DNA from: Perkinsela sp. CCAP 1560/9
Lineage: Eukaryota; Protista; Euglenozoa: Kinetoplastea
Assembly (NCBI GenBank): GCA_965644495.1
Contig: CBFFSA010000003.1
Coordinates: forward strand, 930,001 to 994,000
Length of the DNA: 64,000 nt
Reading direction: 5' to 3'
Shown here: piece by piece, positions 55,660-64,000 of the stretch
Position numbering within the stretch: the first letter of the stretch is position 1
How the letters are laid out: every line of letters begins with the position of its first letter
The notes under the pieces: generated by a model
Database searches by the model: none
Told to the model about the DNA's origin: nothing
The model's input: the letters and a program-made list of their open reading frames with translations, nothing else
Position numbers and translations under genes: made by a program

Positions 55660-57354
55660 CATGTAGCAAGTGTCATGGGCGGGGGATTGGAAATCAGATG
55701 CCTACACACACACCCGGGGCCACACCGCCCCGCTCGCCCTCTTCTCTGCACCGCTGCCATCTTCGACACCCCCCCCCCTCCCCGTCGTCGTGAGCTGCGC
55801 GAGTCACGGGTCATAGGCCCTCTCCCGGACCCGCCCGCTGTCCACGACGGGTCGAAGGTCAGGTTGCGGGTCCGTGCCGGAGGGGGGGCTGGCTGCTGCT
55901 GGGCCGGCGAGAGCGCGGAGGGGAGCGGGAGAAGCAGGAGGGTGGGGGCCCGGGGGCGGGCAGAGAGAGGAGCGTGTGGACGGTAGCAATTGCGTGACGG
56001 CCCGGGGGGAAGAGGAGGGGGGAGAAGGGGAGGGGGGACGCGGGGTGGTAGGTGTGGAGGAGGGACTCGAGGAGGGGGAGGGGGAGGGGGGGTTCGCCGC
56101 GGTGGGTGAGGGTGGGGGGGGGTGAGGGTGGGGGGTTGTGCGGGGGGGGGGTTACCGGGGGAACACAGGTAGGGGAATCGACAGGGGTTATGGGAAGGCG
56201 AGGTTTGGCAAAATCTTGGGGTAGTCCGAGCCCATCAAGGATGTCTTCTATAAAATAAGTTCGCACGGGATGGGTTCTACCAGGAATCGCGATCATGGGG
56301 AGGGATGCGCCATTTAAGCAGGGAACCTCCGAGGAGAAGTACCGAATGAGAGACTCGTGCTGGAGAGTAGCACTCATTAACACAATGTAAAGTCGATTTT
56401 GCCCACTCGTTTTCGTATGTCCCATGCTGCGTATCAGATCACGTAAAAATAATAAGAGGAGATCGGTGTCTTTGTCTCGCTCATGGATTTCATCGACGAC
56501 TACGCAGGATATTTTCGATAAGGTCGGATCCGTGTGCATGCGCCGCAGCAACACCCCTGTGGTCATAAATAGTAATCGTGTTTGCGGGCTTTTCTTTTCT
56601 TCAAAACGGATTTGATACCCAATCTGGTCTCCTACACTTTGGTTTCTCTCATAGGCTACTCGTTCTGCTAAGGCAATGGTGCTTAAACGGCGGGGTTGGG
56701 TGACAACAATTTGCGATTCCGCCGGAATGATATTCGAATCCGGTAACAAGGCAGGGATTTGTGTACTTTTTCCACATCCAGTTTCACCCGTCACGAGCAC
56801 AATTATTGTCAATAGGAAACTTTCCTATTGTCAATAGGATAGTTTCGCAGACTTTTTTTTATCCCGGGATAGGATTGGAAAGCTGGAAGAGATTTACGGA
56901 AGTTTAGGACTCTTGAAGCTTCGCCATGCGAATAAAGCGGCGTGCTACGTGGGATACTCGTAGATAGACATACGTTTTTAAACCTACATGTATGTCGGCG
57001 TCGACTTAGACCTAATTTCTCTCTCTGCATGCCACTTTTCAAGGACTCACGCGCTTCTTTTAGAAAATTTAGAATCATTTCGTGGTTTTTCACTATCGCC
57101 CGTGCCAGTAGCGGTTGAGGAACTTGATTTACCTCCTGAATTGGTTCCTCTTTAGAAAGCTTCAGAACACGGTTCTTCTTTGATCCCGAGCTTTGGTGGC
57201 ACAATCCATAGTGAGAGGACAGGACATGGATATCTCGTCGATCCTCTGCGCTTAGCCCTTCCAGTACTATTGTCTTCCGACTATCATCTAGCGAAAATTC
57301 CTTTAGCACAGCATCGAACCTTTGGTTCCTTTTGATTTTACCGTTTTCAGTCAT
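55660..57354 (-). pseudogene. R3H-domain DEAH-box RNA helicase, frameshifted and truncated after motif VI
   Basis: R3H (DRRDIH..YGL.H.S.G), GETGCGKST, TQPRR, DEIH, SAT, VVDSG, QRRGRAGR. Frameshifts occur at ~56810 and in 55800-56000, and no recognisable HA2/OB domain follows. Confidence 0.8.
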
Positions 57355-57565
57355 TATGGATGAAAATGTGCAGATCTATTCGAATATAGAAGAAATGATA
57401 CAGATGAATAGTACATGTATGTAGGTGTACAAGAACAAACTAAAGCTTATTCTACAAGTACATGTATAAATTTATTCCCAACAAGTCGAGGCTTTCTTGG
57501 GCTGACTCCCGATAAAATGGACTTTCCCTTTTTTGGTAACCCGACATAACCTTAAGTTTGCACTC

Positions 57566-59284
57566 TCAAAGGGAAAAAATAAATTTATTCGGCTCCACCA
57601 TATTCGCATAAATCCACTGATGAACCTGTTCGTTCACAAAGTTTGCAATCTTGTTGCGATCGAGGTAGGTGTGATACCGACCCGCCTTGCCCTCCATCAA
57701 AGGCAGTTCCCGATGCTCACCGTGGGCCTTGGTCTCTCGGGCATGCATAATACGCACCGAGGCAGATCCCGGGACGACAGGTTTGGAGTGCCCGACGTCC
57801 GGAGGAACTGTAGACAACGCAGGGGACCGTAACGCCTCCAGTCGAGGAGAAGACAGAGAGGGTTCCCTCCTCACCCCACCAGGAGCGCTCGGTTTGGTGT
57901 GAGAGTAAACCGCTCGCACGGGTTTGGATGGAACCTCCACACGATTCGCTCCGTCCACGAGAGTACGTGTGCCGACTGAGGCATGGCTTTCGCCCCCCTT
58001 TGCTTTACTCTTCCCGCTCCCCTCGGTTGGGTGAGTCCCTTTCGGTAGCGCGAGCGGTAATCGTGGAAGGGAAGAGAAATCATAGGACGGGGTATCTTGC
58101 GACCCGGAGCTGGTACCGAATTCCGTCCCCTCCGAAAGAGGGTCAGAGTTACCCATACGAACGGTTAATGCGAATCGTACAATTGGGCTTAACGTGGTCG
58201 AGAAGGCTTCGGATAAGGTCCGGTGAGCTCGGCACTCCCCGGCGCCCGGGTTAAACCGTTGCAGGACATTTCCCCGCAGCTGGGCCGCGGATCGCGTCGG
58301 GTGATTGGCATTCCCATGGGAATGATAAATTTCATTCGGACGTTTTACGTCCATTGTGCTTTTTCGGCGCAACAGTGTGACATCGGCTTGGTGGTTTCGT
58401 ATGTTCAGCACGACGTGCCCCTCGAGTTGTACCCCGGATAGGGTAAACTCCAAGGGCATGGCAGCCCCAACGTGCTGCCCCGGCTTTAGTGGCATGTCAT
58501 AGTGAACCGTAGCTCTCACACGTAGTTGTAAGTTGCCGCTGTACTGACAGTAGAAGTAAAGTCGGAGCCCGGAATTTCCGAAAAAGGTGCTACTGTCGAA
58601 ACCAGCGGCCGCTACTGGATCGTGGGAAGAGATGCTCCTGGGAGAGGCGATGTCAGACAACGAAGAGGAAGCATCGTGCCCGCGTGGGACGTGGACAGGC
58701 CTTTGTCTTGTCTCGCTACGTGTTGATTGTTTCCAATCGTTGATATATACTGTGTATGGCTTAAAATCAAGCGTCAAGTCCTTCAGCTCTTGTTGATCGG
58801 AATCTTTATTGATGAAGTTCGTTGCGTGAAGGGAACGACGGTCTCGGTAGTAGCAAAATGGACAGAGAGGGCTCTTCTTCAAATTTGATTTATGGAAATC
58901 TGCTCTATCCAAAGGAAGTTCTATGCCACAAGTTGCACACGCTGGAGTAGTGTTTTCAAAAGGGCTCCTGACGGGCAAAAAGGTAGGTTGTACAATGTTT
59001 TCGTGATCAGAGAGAGGATGAATTGGAACGTGTGGAGACCCATATAAATGAGGCCAAACACCCTCGTTCCCAGTGGCAACCGAATTGTCAGCATCAGTAA
59101 TTTCGATTGTCTCAACTACCGGTGGCACTTCACCCCAATTTATGTCTACAATGTGGAGATCTTTCACATACGTTTGCAGCTCGGATTGAGACTCCAGGGC
59201 ACTATGTAAGGTTGCGTTGAGACGTGTGCGCAATGAGTCAGCTAGCGGACTACGCAATGCTTTCCAGTAAAATTCAAAAGCCAT
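57566..59284 (-). CDS. MDM12: SMP-domain protein, Mdm12-like (ERMES)
   Basis: N-terminus MAFEFYW..L...LN....YV..L....INWG..PP.V...EITD and C-terminus KIANFV......MVEPN match the Mdm12 pattern; long low-complexity inserts. Confidence 0.65.
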   Translation of the reverse strand: MAFEFYWKALRSPLADSLRTRLNATLHSALESQSELQTYVKDLHIVDINWGEVPPVVETIEITDADNSVATGNEGVWPHLYGSPHVPIHPLSDHENIVQPTFLPVRSPFENTTPACATCGIELPLDRADFHKSNLKKSPLCPFCYYRDRRSLHATNFINKDSDQQELKDLTLDFKPYTVYINDWKQSTRSETRQRPVHVPRGHDASSSLSDIASPRSISSHDPVAAAGFDSSTFFGNSGLRLYFYCQYSGNLQLRVRATVHYDMPLKPGQHVGAAMPLEFTLSGVQLEGHVVLNIRNHQADVTLLRRKSTMDVKRPNEIYHSHGNANHPTRSAAQLRGNVLQRFNPGAGECRAHRTLSEAFSTTLSPIVRFALTVRMGNSDPLSEGTEFGTSSGSQDTPSYDFSSLPRLPLALPKGTHPTEGSGKSKAKGGESHASVGTRTLVDGANRVEVPSKPVRAVYSHTKPSAPGGVRREPSLSSPRLEALRSPALSTVPPDVGHSKPVVPGSASVRIMHARETKAHGEHRELPLMEGKAGRYHTYLDRNKIANFVNEQVHQWIYANMVEPNKFIFSL

Positions 59285-59927
59285 TAAAAAGAAACAGAAT
59301 ATCAACAACTTCGCTACTATGAGACATTGTTACAAGGGTGCCGTGAAGCGTTGTTTACTATGCACACAATAGGTATAAGGTATGCAAGTACCTGTAAGAT
59401 AAGACAAGTATAAAACAAGATAGGACAAGTATAAGACCAGCAGATATTAAAACGACCCGCTCTTAATACACACATATCCCATGCCTCTATCCCGTATCGT
59501 GCAAACCATGATTCTCCAAATCGTACATTGAATGTATGTTCCATGATCTATACGATAAAAATACAAATACGATATCAAAATATACAAACAAAACACCCAT
59601 TTCTATTGTCACATATGAAAACAAGCAAACTGTATGTAAATAGAATAATATCATCTATATTTTCATGCGTAACCAAAATATCCTCAATATTAACAACTCA
59701 AATTTTTGAAAATATATAGAAAACTAGCAAGGGGTAAGCACAAGCTCTCGTACAGGATCTTCCGTTTCAGCGCCGTACGAATCACCACAAATGAAATGTT
59801 TTCAAAAAAACACTTCTTAAACATTTAGTTCGCGAGCACACGAACTGAAAAATTCATTGCCCGCATTTCCTATCCTACGCGGTACTATACCCTACGAAAT
59901 AACCACATCTTCATACCACCCGCTGCG

Positions 59928-61091
59928 CTACGCATGTACCTCAAAATCTTCCATAAGATTACGCTTCAGGGGGCGTCGCGCGTCGGCATACAACGCACGT
60001 GGAACATCGGCCATAGGTTCATCTCTCCCCACGTACGCCGCACCCCTATCGCGACGCATGGCCTCCAACTCCGGCAGCAACGACCGCCGCACTGGGGCCC
60101 GCGCCCGACTCATCGCCCGCCACGTCCGCACATGCGCAGGGTCCAACGCAAACACCCGCTCCGCCTCTGCCCCGGACTCCGGTGTCTGCGGACTCTGCGG
60201 GTCCGTATTCTCCCGTTCCAACTCCGGCAGCAGTTGACGTTTCACGGAAACACGTCGTGGACCCTCTATCCCACTCTCCTCCCTCTCCCCCCTCCCCCCA
60301 CTCTCCCGTCTCGCCGAGATCCAATCCCGGACATACCCTCCACGAGCGGAGTTTCCTCCGCCTGCCGCTGCCGCTGCTGCTGCTGCTGTATCACCGCGTC
60401 CCCCCTCCCGTGCCGCATTCTCCATCTCCGCCGTGAGATCACGACGAAGGGATCGGAGACGTGTCGGGAAGGCACTCACCGTCGCAGCCCCTCCCCCTCC
60501 CCCTCCCCCTCTCCTCCTCCCCCCCACCACCGCCGCGAACTCCGGGGCGAGATCCCGTTGCGCGGCTGCTCTTCGCGGTTGCGTCTGCAGGCGGGTGGCT
60601 AACGGCTGTCGCTGCTGCTGGGTCCGCTGGGCCCGGGCCCGGGTGGACTGGTCGAGCCAACGTACAGGGTGGCGGGCGGGGAGGGGTCGACGGGAGGGGT
60701 GGGAGGGACGTGAAGACAAAGAAGACGAAGACAAAGACGAAGAAGTCGAAGACGACAGGGGGCTGTGAAGCTCCTGGTGGGAAAACTGCCGGGCGAGTAC
60801 GGCAATGTCGTCGCGGCTGGGGGGGTTAGCGTAGGGGGGGACCGATTCGTGGGGGTAGGGGAGAGCCGGTTCGTGGGGGTAGGGGAGAGCCGATTCGTGG
60901 GGGTACGGGAGAGCCGATTCGTGGGGGTACGGGGGAAGGGTTTCCTCCTCCTCGCTGGAGGAGGGGAGGGGGAGGGCACGGTCGGGGTGGGTGTCGGCGG
61001 GGGGAGGGTCCGTGGTGAGAACTACGGAGGGGAGGGGACCGTGGAAGGGGGTGAGGTAAAGGGTGAGGTAGAGAAGGAGGGTGGGGGGCAT
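59928..61091 (-). CDS. Hypothetical disordered protein with hydrophobic leader and repeated RxL motifs (paralogue of the next gene)
   Basis: Long ORF, leader LLLYLTLYL..VVLTTDP, motifs shared with 61615..62925, and 21-bp PYPHESA repeats at ~60841-60930. Confidence 0.7.
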   Translation of the reverse strand: MPPTLLLYLTLYLTPFHGPLPSVVLTTDPPPADTHPDRALPLPSSSEEEETLPPYPHESALPYPHESALPYPHEPALPYPHESVPPYANPPSRDDIAVLARQFSHQELHSPLSSSTSSSLSSSSLSSRPSHPSRRPLPARHPVRWLDQSTRARAQRTQQQRQPLATRLQTQPRRAAAQRDLAPEFAAVVGGRRRGGGGGGGAATVSAFPTRLRSLRRDLTAEMENAAREGGRGDTAAAAAAAAGGGNSARGGYVRDWISARRESGGRGEREESGIEGPRRVSVKRQLLPELERENTDPQSPQTPESGAEAERVFALDPAHVRTWRAMSRARAPVRRSLLPELEAMRRDRGAAYVGRDEPMADVPRALYADARRPLKRNLMEDFEVHA

Positions 61092-61614
61092 GGGAAAAAG
61101 GGGTGGTGGTGGTGGAAGATGAGGAAAAAAGAGGGGTTGGTGAGGAAAGGAGGGGGAAAAGGGTGGTGGAGGGAAGAGGGGTGGGGGGATAAGGGTGGGG
61201 CTGGGATGTGTGTTGAATTGTTTAAGGAGTGTGAAACGTAGAGTAGAAAGAGTGTAAATCTTAGCTTTATGTACAAAACGAAGAACATACACTGCAAAAT
61301 AATTGTAGAAGCCCAGTGAAATAGGCGAATGGCAGATGGAAATAATAAAGATTCAACATAATTTGTCTCTCTCGCGCATAATAAACCCTGTCCAGAAAAA
61401 AAATAGATCCACCTATTTGATCAAACTTCTAACGTAACGTTCAAATCTTCCATATCACGTACATACTATGTACAAGATATTCAACCCGTATAAGAGCATC
61501 TTATATAGTTCAAACAAAATACATTAACAAAAGTACTGCCCGTATTAAGAAACACAGTCAGAAGCAAGCAAAACAATGGTGCAAGGTAAGATCCACACAT
61601 GCAAAAGTATGCAC

Positions 61615-62925
61615 TTACCTTTCACCTCCTAGAGTGGACCCAGAATGTGAGCGGTTGTGACGGGAGGTAGCAGCTGTGGCAGACCTCCGTTGAGTCGTAC
61701 CCCTTGCCTCACTCCCTTGACTCGATGTGGAAGTTCCACGGCCCTCCCTGTGAAACGAGGCCTCAAACTCGGCCTCAAGGTTGCGTCGCAGCGGCATCGC
61801 GGGCGGGGGGTGTAACGGGAGATGCGTGAACGAGTGCGCCGCAGGGTCCTCGGGGGCCGTGCCCCAGCGTTCGGAGAAAGGCTCGGCATCCTGGATGGCG
61901 TCCCCGGCGGTGGCACGATCCCACTCGGATTCCATTTCCCAGTGAAGGCTACGACGTACAGGGCGGGTGTTGTCGGGTTGTGCGTTTGCTGTGACGGTGG
62001 TCCTGGCCCGAGATCCGGGGGCGGCTGGACTCACTAGGTCACGTGGGGAGAGGAAAGAGGGGTGTCGGGCATGTGTAGCGAGTTCACCGGGATGGTGCGA
62101 AAGTGCCTGAAGAGGAGCAGAGGCATTCGGAGCGTTACCTGCGGCGCGCTGCCGGGACTGTACCCAAGCGTTCAAAAACGCTGTTCGAGGGGCAGACTGT
62201 CGGGGTGCTGCCATAGATTGCGCCTCAAGATCGGCGTGCGGCGGGGATACGCGGTTTGTTTCGGCGGCGCCAGTCCCTCGCCTGGCAGGGATACGACTAC
62301 GCACCATATGCCGAGACCGATGCGGGCCTTGAAATTCCTGATTTAGATTTCGCTGCAGCCCAGGATGATGACGACGCATTTGTACCCAGTTATCCACGTG
62401 TCCCACGTATTGCTCCGTAAGACTCCTTAGAGAATGTAGACGCTGCGCGGTCTCGGGACTGACTTCCACCGCGGCTTCCTGCGGACCAGAGCGAGGGTAC
62501 AACTCCTCAGAGATGGGACGGCTGTGACGGCGCATATTTACCCAGTCGTTAAGGTAGGTGCGACGCGTGCGACGACAAGAATTTCCCTCTAAACGTGGAA
62601 AGGAACGACGCGACGTTCGAGTGGCACCAACAGTAATGCTAGCTGCTGAATCTCGACATCCATGGGAGACGTTGGCTGGGTGAGTAGGTGGTGCTCGGGT
62701 GCCCTCCTCGGGGCTGTGAGGGTTCAAAGCAGATGGAGCACACCGCGATCGATCCACGCTATCGGGTGGAAGCTGGTGAACCGCTGGAGTTTCCTCGGCC
62801 GAGTCCTCAGTGTTTGGTGTATTCTGTTCATCGTCCGGGCATCGTAATACGGGATCTGTGGTAAAAACCACAGGACCTCCGGGTGAGAGGAGGTACACCG
62901 GAAGGAATAGGAAGAACAGAGACAT
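61615..62925 (-). CDS. Hypothetical disordered protein with hydrophobic leader and repeated RxL motifs
   Basis: 436-aa ORF; leader LFFLFLPVYLL..VVFTTDP; PVRRSL, PLRRNL and WV..RR motifs. Confidence 0.75.
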   Translation of the reverse strand: MSLFFLFLPVYLLSPGGPVVFTTDPVLRCPDDEQNTPNTEDSAEETPAVHQLPPDSVDRSRCAPSALNPHSPEEGTRAPPTHPANVSHGCRDSAASITVGATRTSRRSFPRLEGNSCRRTRRTYLNDWVNMRRHSRPISEELYPRSGPQEAAVEVSPETAQRLHSLRSLTEQYVGHVDNWVQMRRHHPGLQRNLNQEFQGPHRSRHMVRSRIPARRGTGAAETNRVSPPHADLEAQSMAAPRQSAPRTAFLNAWVQSRQRAAGNAPNASAPLQALSHHPGELATHARHPSFLSPRDLVSPAAPGSRARTTVTANAQPDNTRPVRRSLHWEMESEWDRATAGDAIQDAEPFSERWGTAPEDPAAHSFTHLPLHPPPAMPLRRNLEAEFEASFHREGRGTSTSSQGSEARGTTQRRSATAATSRHNRSHSGSTLGGER

Positions 62926-63580
62926 TCGGTATTATTTTTATTGTTTAGTCCGGTTTCTAGTCGTGCGTACAAGTATATCAGTAGAGTGTATCGGTAAAAT
63001 ACTACACCAGTCAAAATTTTACTAAGATTCCTTCTGTACTAATGTAGCGAAGCGCACACGCATTGAACTTTGTAATCTTGCGCAAAACTGTCTGTAAACT
63101 AAAAAAGCATGATCTAAGTTTTGCGTATACCTCTGAATGAAAGTATTGTTAAAAATACGTGCATTTTGTAACTGTTTACGACAGACGAACACTATTAACC
63201 CTTTCCGGAGAGATTTTGAAAAAACCATGTCAGTGAATGATTTTGCTATAGACGTTTTTGTCCTGAATAATTTTTAAAGTAATACATTGAATGTACTTTT
63301 CTTCTATGATATACATTATTGTTGTACACATTATTGATACATATTATTCCTGTAGAAACATGAGCACACAAGTGTAGCGTGCGATCCTCTGGTATCAAAG
63401 ATTAATTAGAACGAAGAGTTTACACATTTATAATTAGATGTACTACTAAAATAAATATTCTCCTGAACGACTTTCTTTCTATGCACATCTTTATATTTAC
63501 AATCCCTATAGACATAAGCGGTGATTGTACATACCGAATGACCACTACGCTTGAGGCAGTATAGTCTCATGTCTCAGACT

Positions 63581-64000
63581 TCACATTCCCTTACGGGGAC
63601 TAGGAGAAACCGAGTTTCTTCGCACAGGAGTCGATCCCGCGACATTGGCATACATTCCGGTGTATGTGCTTTTGTCATCATGAAAACGCACATGATCGGC
63701 TTGAGTGGCGAGAGCCACTGGACCACCAGCTTGAAAAATCTTTTGGACTATCTCTTTTTCTGGAATGTTCTTCCTCTTTGCGATTTCTGCGACGGCTTGG
63801 TTGCGAAAAGTGGTGTACTTTATACGACGTTCACCTTTTGGCTTAACATGGGCAAATATCAAATCCACGTCCGTTGTCGTTAGAGCGCCATCAACAAGCC
63901 CAGAATCACGAACTAGTTTGGCAAATTTCGTGTTGTCCATTTCACCGACAGTACCGCTTCCAAAAGCGCAAAACGCCTCAAAAATAGTTTTGAGATCTGC
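63581..64000 (-). CDS. p25-alpha/TPPP-family protein (5' end outside the window)
   Basis: F.AF..FG...MDNTKFAKL.RD.GL.D...TTTDVDLIF..VK and RFHDDKSTYTG. Confidence 0.93.
   Translation of the reverse strand, partial: ADLKTIFEAFCAFGSGTVGEMDNTKFAKLVRDSGLVDGALTTTDVDLIFAHVKPKGERRIKYTTFRNQAVAEIAKRKNIPEKEIVQKIFQAGGPVALATQADHVRFHDDKSTYTGMYANVAGSTPVRRNSVSPSPRKGM

Overview
Eukaryotic DNA, most likely from a kinetoplastid and possibly a Perkinsela-like or other early-branching lineage (inference). The support is intronless genes all on one strand, an ATOM69-like gene, a PRMT1-prozyme-like gene and two copies of a kinetoplastid spliced-leader (SL) exon-like sequence. Bases 1 to ~19.6 kb are a mobile-element graveyard. 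It holds a restriction-like-endonuclease (RLE) retroelement relic, three diverged APE/RT/RNase H non-LTR retroelements, a tRNA-headed SINE-like insert, a Helentron-like insert, Tc1/mariner-type MITEs nested four levels deep, three hairpin-rich tandem arrays and two SL-headed sequences that look like cDNA copies of trans-spliced RNA. Bases ~19.9 to 64 kb are one minus-strand directional gene cluster of about 24 genes: EngB-like GTPase, TMP kinase, RPB5, ABCG, HIT, four LRR proteins, IVD, PRMT-like, RluA-like, STE24, ATOM69-like, GNL3-like GTPase, a broken DEAH helicase, Mdm12-like, two RxL-motif paralogues, TPPP and a few hypotheticals. This cluster is interrupted by a decayed Tc1-like transposon and MITE clusters. 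The most notable observations are the SL-headed retrocopies (one split by a templated insertion), the tRNA-derived SINE with a covarying structured 3' domain, DNA transposons in an apparent kinetoplastid, and recurrent C-rich-to-G-rich skew-switch islands inside genes. All calls come from reading the sequence by eye; no searches were run.
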